Source of the DNA: an uncultured archaeon
GTDB taxonomy: Archaea > Iainarchaeota > Iainarchaeia > Iainarchaeales > 0-14-0-20-30-16
Assembly: GCA_964480435.1 (NCBI GenBank)
Contig: CAYZSS010000018.1
Span: forward strand, 1-17,707
DNA length: 17,707 nt
Reading direction: 5' to 3'
Shown: positions 1-7,462 of the stretch, piece after piece
How the letters are laid out: each line of letters starts with the position of its first letter
Numbering within the stretch: position 1 is the first letter of the stretch
Made by a program: the position numbers and the translations under genes
Notes under the pieces: model-generated
What the model was told of the DNA's origin: nothing
The model's database searches: none
What the model saw: only the letters and a program-made list of their open reading frames with translations

Positions 1-72
1 TGCCCCGACCGGGAATCGAACCCGGGTCGTCGGCTTGAAAGGCCAACGTGATAACCACTACACTACCGGGGC
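1..72 (-). tRNA. tRNA-Glu (anticodon UUC)
   Basis: Hand-folded cloverleaf on the reverse strand. Acceptor GCCCCGG/UCGGGGC, anticodon stem UUGGC/GCCGA with loop CUUUCAA, T arm CCGGG-UUCGAUU-CCCGG, discriminator A at window base 1. No intron and no encoded CCA. Confidence 0.9.
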
Positions 73-75
73 CCG

Positions 76-96
76 AGGCTTTTTCAAAAAAAGCCT
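76..96. promoter_or_regulatory. Inverted repeat/hairpin AGGCTTTTT-(3 nt)-AAAAAGCCT, 3 nt upstream of the tRNA-Glu(UUC) 5' end
   Basis: Perfect 9-bp stem (76-84 pairs with 88-96). A TATA-like GATTATAC (reverse strand, 128-121) lies about 26 nt further upstream. Function (leader hairpin or terminator) is unknown. Confidence 0.5.
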
Positions 97-248
97 ACGT
101 TCGCCAAAAACTTCGCTTAAGTATAATCAAGCAAACCCGATTTTGATAAATACATTCGTAAAAATGTAAAATAACCCTAAAACTAGGATTTTATTATATC
201 TTATTTATACAATATATTTTAAAAGGTTATAGTCTAATTTTTGTTATT

Positions 249-1859
249 ATGGTCTTAGATAACAATAAATATACTAAAGAATTTAAAATAAATGCTGAAG
301 ATCTGAACAAATCAGTAAAAAGCATTGAAAACCTGGTTGCCCAGTATTTATTGGCTTTTTCTGAAAAACAAGACCCAAACAAAATTTTTAAGGTTTGCAT
401 GGGAAACCCAGAGTTAAAAGAACTATTTGTAAAAAATATAAAGATCTCACAAGAATTGTGTACAGATATTACAGAGTATATGAATAATTTAAGCCCTGAA
501 CAAGTTAAGCAAAATTACACTGTTGAAACAAAGGAAAAAGAAAAAAGGGAGAAAAAATTAGAATATCCCAAAATGGAAATAACTGGAGAAGTAGTAACTG
601 CTTATCCCCCCGACCCATCAAAATACCCACATATTGGACACGCATATGCGTCTTATATTAATTATCACTTTGCAAAAATGCATGACGGAAAATTCATTAT
701 TAGATTTGAAGACACAAACCCAACAATAATAAAAAAAGAGTACTATGATGCAATTCTTTCCGGATTAAAATGGGCCGGAATAATTCCAGACAAAGTAGTA
801 AATGCAAGCGATTATATTGAGCAACTTTATGATGAAGCAAGAAAATTCATACAAAACGGGCAGGTTTATGTTTGCGATTGTTTTGCAGGTACAGTTAAAT
901 TAAATAGACAAACAAAAAAAGAATGTGGCTGTAGAAAAAAAACAGTTGAAAAAAATTTGGAAGAATTTGCGGACTTAATAAAAGGAAAATATGAACCTGG
1001 AAAGAAATCAGTTAGATTGAAACTAGATATGAAAGATAAAAGAGCTGAAATGAGAGATCCAGTAATTATGAGAATTATAGTTGACACACACCCATTACAG
1101 GGTGATAAATACAAACTTTGGCCATCATATGTTTGGCAAAATACTTTCTTAGATCATTACAACGGAGTTACACATAGATTTAGATCAAAAGAGTTTGAAC
1201 CTTGGAAACCAGTACAAGAAAAAGTAGCAGAACTAGCTGGATTCAAAATGCCTTATATTTATGAATATGCGAGAGTAAATATTTCCGGAGTTAAAGCATC
1301 TGGCAGAGAAATAAGAGAACTAGTAGAAAAGGGAGAAATGAGCTGGGATGATCCTAGATTAACAACTTTGGTAGCATTAAAGAAAAGAGGATTTATTCCA
1401 AATGCAATTATTAATTTTATTGAAAAAATGGGACTATCAAAAACCGAAGCAACAGCTCAATGGACTGTATTAGAGAGCATGAACAGAAAAGAGTTAGTAG
1501 ATGTAGAAAAAGTAGCCTGCTTTGATGAAGTAAAAGAATTTGAGGTAAATGGAGAAAAAATTTATTTGAATACTGAAAATTTAAAAGAAAATACAGAATA
1601 TAGGTTAAGACATTTTTGCAACGTAATTTACAAAAAAGAGAAGTTTGAAGTTTGTGGAAATGAAATAAAAAAAGGATTATCAATTCTACCTTTTGCAAAA
1701 GCAGTAAAAGAAATAACAATAATTAATCAAGAAGGAAATAAAATCAAAGCATTAATTGAAGATAAAGAATTAAAAGAAACAAATTATTTCTTTGAAGGTT
1801 ATGGTTTTGTAAAAATAGATTCTTTAAAACCACTTGTGGCTTATTTCGCACACAAGTAA
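249..1859 (+). CDS. gltX: Glutamyl-tRNA synthetase, archaeal/eukaryal GlxRS type (class I)
   Basis: 536-aa ORF. HIGH region PSKYPHIGHAYASYINY followed by IIRFEDTNP. Conserved WDDPRLTTLVALKKRGF block. C-terminal FEGYGFVKID like the archaeal GluRS anticodon-binding domain. N-terminal approx. 110-aa helical extension typical of archaeal GluRS. Confidence 0.9.
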   Translation: MVLDNNKYTKEFKINAEDLNKSVKSIENLVAQYLLAFSEKQDPNKIFKVCMGNPELKELFVKNIKISQELCTDITEYMNNLSPEQVKQNYTVETKEKEKREKKLEYPKMEITGEVVTAYPPDPSKYPHIGHAYASYINYHFAKMHDGKFIIRFEDTNPTIIKKEYYDAILSGLKWAGIIPDKVVNASDYIEQLYDEARKFIQNGQVYVCDCFAGTVKLNRQTKKECGCRKKTVEKNLEEFADLIKGKYEPGKKSVRLKLDMKDKRAEMRDPVIMRIIVDTHPLQGDKYKLWPSYVWQNTFLDHYNGVTHRFRSKEFEPWKPVQEKVAELAGFKMPYIYEYARVNISGVKASGREIRELVEKGEMSWDDPRLTTLVALKKRGFIPNAIINFIEKMGLSKTEATAQWTVLESMNRKELVDVEKVACFDEVKEFEVNGEKIYLNTENLKENTEYRLRHFCNVIYKKEKFEVCGNEIKKGLSILPFAKAVKEITIINQEGNKIKALIEDKELKETNYFFEGYGFVKIDSLKPLVAYFAHK

Positions 1860-2045
1860 TTATTTCTTTTGAAAAAACTTCAGATAAATAATTGGCAAAA
1901 TTCCAACAGTATTTAGCACAAGAATAACAATAAACCAGGTTAGTTGGTTATTTCTTCCGGATTTCCATAAAGCAATACCTTTCCAGATTACTTCCCAAAC
2001 AATTAAAGGAATTATCCAGATTAAAATTGAAGTATCAAAGACCAT
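1860..2045 (-). CDS. Small two-TM membrane protein, Trp-rich (DUF5652-like from memory)
   Basis: 61-aa ORF with an ATG start. Two hydrophobic helices flank KSGRNNQ (IWIIPLIVWEVIWKGIALW ... WFIVILVLNTVGILPIIYL). The family assignment is from recollection only. Confidence 0.55.
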   Translation of the reverse strand: MVFDTSILIWIIPLIVWEVIWKGIALWKSGRNNQLTWFIVILVLNTVGILPIIYLKFFQKK

Positions 2046-2076
2046 ATTATACTTATTAAGTAAATAGTATTTAAAT

Positions 2077-2511
2077 CTATTTTTTATTATGCAATCTTTT
2101 ATGTTCTTCTTTTTCTTCTTTTGTAGCCATTCTCCAGTACTGTTTTAGGTCTTCTGTACTGTATTTAGTTATATTTAAGATCTTTACTTTTTCTTTAGAA
2201 ACCCATTGATGACTGCCTTTTGGATCTTCTTTAAAAGTCTCAGATGATACTTCATAAACAAACCTTTTCTTTTTTGGTGTTGGAGGTTCATCCACAAAAA
2301 TAACTTTAAAATCTTTTTCAGTATAATCCTTAACAAAAGCCCACTGCTCACCTGTTAAAGACATTCCTTTGGCACAATCAAAAATATCAGTAGCATAAAC
2401 CCCATTTTGAGAATTAGATTTAGATGCTTTATCATTTGGTTTACTTGATTCTAAAAAGCCAGTTTCAATTTCACTATTACTTCCATGAAATAGTGTTTTT
2501 GGTTTAGCCAT
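2077..2511 (-). CDS. Hypothetical 144-aa protein with a PARP-like H-Y-E motif order (candidate minimal ADP-ribosyltransferase fold)
   Basis: ATG-started ORF filling the gap between neighbouring genes. Motifs LFHGS (res 7-11), GVYATD (37-42) and FVYEV (84-88), followed by a K/E-rich tail. The function is an inference from motifs only. Confidence 0.6.
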   Translation of the reverse strand: MAKPKTLFHGSNSEIETGFLESSKPNDKASKSNSQNGVYATDIFDCAKGMSLTGEQWAFVKDYTEKDFKVIFVDEPPTPKKKRFVYEVSSETFKEDPKGSHQWVSKEKVKILNITKYSTEDLKQYWRMATKEEKEEHKRLHNKK

Positions 2512-2534
2512 AGTTAAATTATAGAGAAGAAGAA

Positions 2535-2542
2535 TTATATTA
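2535..2542. promoter_or_regulatory. Central TATA-like box TTATATTA in the 51-bp divergent spacer between orf144 and the GNAT gene
   Basis: The box centre (2538.5) is 27.5 nt from the orf144 start (2511) and 24.5 nt from the GNAT start (2563). Neither gene has a Shine-Dalgarno sequence, which suggests leaderless transcripts. Confidence 0.4.
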
Positions 2543-2562
2543 TTTTATCTATTTATTATATC

Positions 2563-3063
2563 ATGAAAGTAGAGATTAGAAAACCTAAGTTAAGTGATGC
2601 AAAAGCATTACAAGAACTAATTAATGATAAAGCTGTTTTAAAACAGATTTCTGGGTACCCTTATCCCTGTCCTCTAAGCCGAATGCAAAAAGATGTTAAG
2701 GATGGACAAAAAGGATGGAAAACAAAAAAGTCGTATGCTTTTACTATTTTGGCAGACAAAGAAATCGCAGGAAGTATAGGTTTAGAAGAGCCCAACGGTG
2801 ATAAGGGTTGCTACAACATCGGTTTTTTTGTTGGAAGAAAGTTCTGGAATAAAGGGGTTGCAACAGAAGCAATAAAACTAGTAATTGAATTTGGACTTAA
2901 GGAATTAAAACTATACAGAATCCAGGCAGATAACGACTCAGACAATCCAGCTTCAGGCAGAGCAATGGAGAAAGCTGGGTTTAAACTAGAGGGAATTAGA
3001 AAGAAATACACAAAAAAAGGAAACAAGTTTATTGACCTACACCTTTGGGGAATAACCAAATAG
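2563..3063 (+). CDS. GNAT family N-acetyltransferase (RimJ/RimL-like)
   Basis: 166 aa. Acetyl-CoA binding region RKFWNKGVATEAIKLVIEFGL. C-terminal NPASGRAMEKAGFKLEGIRKKY is typical of the Acetyltransf_3/RimL subgroup. Confidence 0.85.
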   Translation: MKVEIRKPKLSDAKALQELINDKAVLKQISGYPYPCPLSRMQKDVKDGQKGWKTKKSYAFTILADKEIAGSIGLEEPNGDKGCYNIGFFVGRKFWNKGVATEAIKLVIEFGLKELKLYRIQADNDSDNPASGRAMEKAGFKLEGIRKKYTKKGNKFIDLHLWGITK

Positions 3064-3126
3064 CTTTTTTCATAACTAAAAACTTTAAAACCCCTTGCAT
3101 AGTTATTATATATTAGAGGTTGTTTT

Positions 3127-4284
3127 ATGCCAACAAATGTACACCCAGACTTTATTGCAGCACAGGCACAATATGATAACTCTGTAACAGACGAAGAACG
3201 ATTAAAAGCCTTAGAATTAATGCGTTCAAAATGGCCTACTCACAAAGGGGCAGAGAAGCTAAGAGCGGAAATTGCTGGAAAAATCAAAAAAATGAAGGAA
3301 AAAGTAAAAATACAGACCTCAAAAAAAAATACAGGTAGTGCATTTGTTCTAAAAAAAGACGGAGCAGCACAAGTTATACTTATAGGAAAAACTAATTCAG
3401 GGAAAAGCACCTTACTTGCGAAGCTTACCAACGCAACCCCTGAAATTGCCAATTATGATTTTACTACTATTGAGCCAGAAATCGGAATGATTGCTTATGA
3501 AGAAGAGAACATCCAACTAGTTGAGCTCCCGGCAATTGTTAATGGAACTGCTGATGGAAAGGCAAGAGGAAGAGAAAAATTAGGAATTATTCGAAATGGA
3601 GACCTGATTATTGTTACAATGAAAATAACTAATAAAGAAGATTTGCAGAAAGAATTTGACTTTGTTTTTGGAGAATTAAAAAAAGGGAAAGTATTACCAA
3701 AAGGTAGTGAAAAAAGAGTAATAGTAATAAAAACAACAAAAAGAGTATCATTTGAAGGAACAGAAAATATTATTGGTGATGAAAAAACAGTTGAAATGAC
3801 TGCAAATTATGTAAAAAGACACTATAATAATAATCACATAAAAATTGTAGAAAAGGTATCTCCTGAAGAGTTAATACAAATTTTAAATACAAGATATGTT
3901 CCTACAGTTTTATTCATTAGAGGAGATACAATAAAGAATTTTGAAATCACAGCCTACAATGGAATAAAAACGGTATTAGTAAATGATTTTTATTTATTAG
4001 AAAAAGAAGATATTGAAAAAATAAAACAAATAATTCTTGATGAAACAGAAAAAATAATTGTGTACACCAGAAAACCTGGAGAAAAAACAAAACAACTTTT
4101 GATTGCAGATAAAGATGAAACTATTGGTCACATCTGTAATAGATTACACAAAGATATAGTTTCAAATTTCAAGTTTGCAAAGATCTGGGGCAAAAACGTA
4201 AAATTCCCTGGACAGATAGCATCAAGGGAATACATTCTTAATAAAGATGATATTATTGAAATATATACAAAAAAACAAGCATAA
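3127..4284 (+). CDS. DRG/OBG-family GTP-binding protein with C-terminal TGS domain
   Basis: 385 aa. G1 GKTNSGKS, G2 DFTT, G4 NKED. The C-terminal TGS-like block runs IVYTRKPGEK...FAKIWGKNVKFPGQ...DDIIEIY. A GAGGT Shine-Dalgarno lies about 7 nt upstream. The G3 motif is atypical (ELPA instead of DxPG). Confidence 0.85.
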   Translation: MPTNVHPDFIAAQAQYDNSVTDEERLKALELMRSKWPTHKGAEKLRAEIAGKIKKMKEKVKIQTSKKNTGSAFVLKKDGAAQVILIGKTNSGKSTLLAKLTNATPEIANYDFTTIEPEIGMIAYEEENIQLVELPAIVNGTADGKARGREKLGIIRNGDLIIVTMKITNKEDLQKEFDFVFGELKKGKVLPKGSEKRVIVIKTTKRVSFEGTENIIGDEKTVEMTANYVKRHYNNNHIKIVEKVSPEELIQILNTRYVPTVLFIRGDTIKNFEITAYNGIKTVLVNDFYLLEKEDIEKIKQIILDETEKIIVYTRKPGEKTKQLLIADKDETIGHICNRLHKDIVSNFKFAKIWGKNVKFPGQIASREYILNKDDIIEIYTKKQA

Positions 4285-4289
4285 CAGAG

Positions 4290-5456
4290 ATGGTTATAAT
4301 GAGATTTAAATCAGTTTACTTAGATAATGCCGCAACAACTAGAATTGATGATAAAGTACTAGCTGAAATGCTACCATATTACACTACACATTATGGGAAT
4401 CCGTCATCATTACATTCATATGGGTTTGATGCAAAAGAAGCAGTGGATGAATCAAGAGAAAAAATTGCAAAATCTCTTAATACGGATTTTGAAAATATTA
4501 TCTTTACGGCCTCTGGAAGCGAATCAAATAATATGGCAATTAAAGGGTTGGCTTTTAACTCTGAAAAAAAGCACATAATTACTACGAGAATAGAACACAA
4601 ATCAATTACAAGCCAGTTAGATTGGTTAGAAACAAGAGGATATAAAATAACTTATATTAATGTTGACAAAGAAGGATTTATTGATTTAAACCAATTAGAA
4701 AAAGCGATTACAAAAGACACATTATTAGTTAGCATAATACATGGAAATAATGAAATAGGAACAATACAAGATTTAGAAAAAATTGGAAAACTTTGCAAAA
4801 ATGTTGATGTCCCTTTACACATAGATGCATGTCAAAGTTTTACAAAAACTGAAATTAATTTAAAAAAATATAATATCTCACTTGCAAGTATAAATGCACA
4901 CAAAATACATGGACCAAAAGGGATAGGAGCATTATATATTTCTAAAGATATTAAGCTGACCCCAGTAATTCATGGTGGCCAGCAGGAATTCAAAAAAAGA
5001 GCAGCAACAGAAAATGTGCCAGGAATTGTAGGATTTGGAAAAGCAGTAGAAATAAATAGTAACAGCAAGATTTCAAAAGAAGTAACAAAACTAAGAGATT
5101 ACTTAATAGATGGATTATTAAAAATACCTGATTCCAAATTAAACGGACCAAAAGGAGATAAAAGATTATACAATAATATTAATTTTTCTTTTAGAGGCAT
5201 TGAAGGAGAGGCATTAGGAGGATATTTAGACCAGAAAAACGTTTGCAGTTCAACTGGAAGTGCTTGCTCATCAAAGAGTTTAGAACCAAGCTCAGTACTT
5301 ATGGCAATTGGATTAGGATACGAAGACGCAAATAGTTCTTTACGATTAAGTGTAAGCAAATACAACACAAAAGAAGAGCTAGATTATGTTATTAATACAA
5401 CAGACGAGGTAGTAAAAAAGTTAAGAAAAATATCCCCCATTTATAAAAACAAGTAA
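4290..5456 (+). CDS. iscS: Cysteine desulfurase, class V aminotransferase (IscS/NifS group I)
   Basis: 388 aa. N-terminus YLDNAATT, PLP-lysine motif SINAHKIHGPKGIGALY, catalytic loop SSTGSACSS. The start could also be the ATG at 4299. Confidence 0.9.
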   Translation: MVIMRFKSVYLDNAATTRIDDKVLAEMLPYYTTHYGNPSSLHSYGFDAKEAVDESREKIAKSLNTDFENIIFTASGSESNNMAIKGLAFNSEKKHIITTRIEHKSITSQLDWLETRGYKITYINVDKEGFIDLNQLEKAITKDTLLVSIIHGNNEIGTIQDLEKIGKLCKNVDVPLHIDACQSFTKTEINLKKYNISLASINAHKIHGPKGIGALYISKDIKLTPVIHGGQQEFKKRAATENVPGIVGFGKAVEINSNSKISKEVTKLRDYLIDGLLKIPDSKLNGPKGDKRLYNNINFSFRGIEGEALGGYLDQKNVCSSTGSACSSKSLEPSSVLMAIGLGYEDANSSLRLSVSKYNTKEELDYVINTTDEVVKKLRKISPIYKNK

Positions 5457-5496
5457 GAAAAACAGGAAAAATTTTAACACTTATATGGTGATGGCT

Positions 5497-6138
5497 ATGT
5501 ACTCAAAAGAGGTATTGAAAAGATTTAAGAATCCAAAACACGCAGGAGAAATAAAACACCCTGATATTGTTGGAGAAGTCGGAAACTTAAAATGCGGGGA
5601 CATAATAAAAGTCTATGTAAAAATAGACAAAAATAGAATAAAAGATATTAAATTTGAAACCTATGGTTGTGTTTCAGCAATTGCAGCATCAGACATGCTT
5701 TGTGATTTAGCAATGGGCAAGACGATAGAACAAGCAGAGAAATTAAAATTCAAAGAAATAATTGAAAAATTAAAAGGACTTCCACCAATAAAATATCATT
5801 GCAGTATGATGGCAATAGAAGCCCTACAAAAAGCATTAAAAGAGTACAAAGAAAAACAAAAAGACAAGGATAAAATAAAAGACATAAACAAAGGACAAAA
5901 AACATCAACAAAAAAAGATTCGGGAAATAATTTGACACCCTATAAGTTTACAGAAAAAACTACTTTAGCAAAACTTCCGAAAGATATGAAAACCCAAAAG
6001 ATTCTTGGAAAGTTTGGGGTTCCCTGCATTTCTTGCCCACACGCAAGCTCCGAAGCTAATTCTTTAACCTTAGGACAAGTAGCAAAGATGTATGGTTTAG
6101 ATATAAAAGGATTACTCAAGGAATTGAATAAGAAGTAA
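5497..6138 (+). CDS. iscU: Fe-S cluster scaffold IscU/NifU-N fused to a C-terminal CxxC domain (DUF1858/ScdA_N-like)
   Basis: The three IscU cysteines sit in canonical context (LKCGD, YGCVSAIAAS, HCSMMAIEAL). A K/D-rich linker follows, then TLAKLP...FGVPCISCPHA...LGQVAKMYGLDIKGLLKELN. In-frame ATGs occur at 5485, 5491 and 5497. 5497 gives the typical MYSKEVL N-terminus and follows a GGTGAT sequence. Confidence 0.85.
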   Translation: MYSKEVLKRFKNPKHAGEIKHPDIVGEVGNLKCGDIIKVYVKIDKNRIKDIKFETYGCVSAIAASDMLCDLAMGKTIEQAEKLKFKEIIEKLKGLPPIKYHCSMMAIEALQKALKEYKEKQKDKDKIKDINKGQKTSTKKDSGNNLTPYKFTEKTTLAKLPKDMKTQKILGKFGVPCISCPHASSEANSLTLGQVAKMYGLDIKGLLKELNKK

Positions 6139-6153
6139 GATTATAAAAAATTC

Positions 6154-6870
6154 CTAAGGTTTTAATATCAGAGTCAATAATCTGCCACGAACAGCATCAT
6201 TAGGCATAGGATACTTATTAACTAACGCTATAACAAAATCAAGCCATTTCCCTCCTAGATATGGACGAATATAATCATGCAAATACCCATAATCTTCCTT
6301 AAATAAATTAAACACTTTTTTTGGGTCATTCCAATCAATACTTACACGAGGTTCTAGCCCATCTTTTGTTTGATGAAACACTCTTCCAACTCTTTCTGCT
6401 AAAGAAAAATCAATAAGAGTTAGACCTTTATTTCCTAAAACAATATTACCATTATGTGGATGGTTATGTGCAATACCAAGAGAATGCATTTTAGCAAAAA
6501 ATCCAGGTAAATCTGTTAAAATTAACGAACTTACTCTTTTTCTTATTTCAAAAGTAGGAAATATACCCCATGCAGTTTCTAAACTTATTCCCTCATCCCT
6601 AAATGCTACTCTTTGGTGGGTATATTTTTTATTTAGAGGAGTTTCTACTCTTATCCCATTTCTTGCAAGCTCTTTTATAATACTAAATTCTTCTGGAGAC
6701 ACAGTTCTATAATATATTTTTGAATTTCTTCCCTTAACCGCAGTTCTTTTTCGGAATAATTTTGCAGTTCTAAAAAAATCTCCTTGAGATTCAGGGTGTC
6801 TTAAAGTATCAAGATACTCTAATCTCCCTTCCTTAGTCCTTGCATAACTAACATTCCTTTCTCTTAACAT
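6154..6870 (-). CDS. Protein-kinase-like fold protein (RIO/Bud32/Kdo-kinase-like) with an atypical catalytic loop
   Basis: 238 aa. Candidate beta3 Lys (TAVKG) and alphaC Glu (IIKELARNGI). The catalytic loop LGIAHNHPHNGNIVL aligns to HxDxxxxN with D replaced by H. DFS (IDFSLAE) stands in place of DFG. No glycine-rich loop is visible. Confidence 0.6.
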   Translation of the reverse strand: MLRERNVSYARTKEGRLEYLDTLRHPESQGDFFRTAKLFRKRTAVKGRNSKIYYRTVSPEEFSIIKELARNGIRVETPLNKKYTHQRVAFRDEGISLETAWGIFPTFEIRKRVSSLILTDLPGFFAKMHSLGIAHNHPHNGNIVLGNKGLTLIDFSLAERVGRVFHQTKDGLEPRVSIDWNDPKKVFNLFKEDYGYLHDYIRPYLGGKWLDFVIALVNKYPMPNDAVRGRLLTLILKP

Positions 6871-7023
6871 ATTTAACTTAATATTAAAAAAGCATATATA
6901 TTTTACTGGTAATAAATAAATTTCAAAGCCAAAAACAATGCGTGAGATGTTATTCTTTGCAAGAAGGTTCTTTGTACATACTCACATACAAAAAAGCAGT
7001 CAAAGATAAAAAAAAAGAAGCTT

Positions 7024-7431
7024 TTATTTATTATAATCAGGATCAACTACTACTCTAAAATCTTTTTTTACTACTTTGCTGGGTTTTAACTTTTCTACAA
7101 AATAATTATAAGTTAGAATGCCATCCTCTGGTCCTCTACAAGAGTATATCTGGAAAGCTATAGAATTGAATTCAGGATAAGTATGTACAGCAAGGTGAGA
7201 TTCACTTAAAATAAAGGTAACTGTGTAGCCTTGTGGCTCAAATTTGTGGTCTTTATATCCCAGAATACCAAATTTTTCTTTTTCTAGCCCTTCTTTTAAG
7301 GTTTTGAAAAGAAAATCTGTATTGTTTATAATCTCGGAATCTACCCCAAACAGGACTGCTGAGATTTCATTCCCCACTGAGGCCATGACAAAGTTCCCAG
7401 AGTCGTCAAAATAACATTTTTTGTTTTGCAT
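7024..7431 (-). CDS. speH: S-adenosylmethionine decarboxylase proenzyme, small pyruvoyl type
   Basis: 135 aa. Hallmark self-cleavage/active-site block FILSESHLAVHTYPE followed by IYSC. Confidence 0.85.
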   Translation of the reverse strand: MQNKKCYFDDSGNFVMASVGNEISAVLFGVDSEIINNTDFLFKTLKEGLEKEKFGILGYKDHKFEPQGYTVTFILSESHLAVHTYPEFNSIAFQIYSCRGPEDGILTYNYFVEKLKPSKVVKKDFRVVVDPDYNK

Positions 7432-7454
7432 TATTTTGTTATCATATCATAAGG

Positions 7455-7462
7455 TTTTTAAA
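7455..7462. promoter_or_regulatory. Single TATA-like box TTTTTAAA shared by divergent speH and dus
   Basis: The box centre (7458.5) is exactly 27.5 nt from both start codons (7431 on the minus strand, 7486 on the plus strand). Neither gene has a Shine-Dalgarno sequence. Confidence 0.45.

Noticed and set aside
1417-1719. 100-aa minus-strand ORF antisense to gltX (Leu/Phe-rich)
   Set aside because: It lies inside the gltX CDS. Its composition (L/F-rich) mirrors the antisense of a K/E-rich coding strand.
6938-7006. Short ORF (about 22 aa, MREMLFFARRFFVHTHIQKSSQR) in the kinase-like/speH spacer
   Set aside because: It is very short, has no Shine-Dalgarno or properly spaced TATA, and shows no conservation signal that I can assess.
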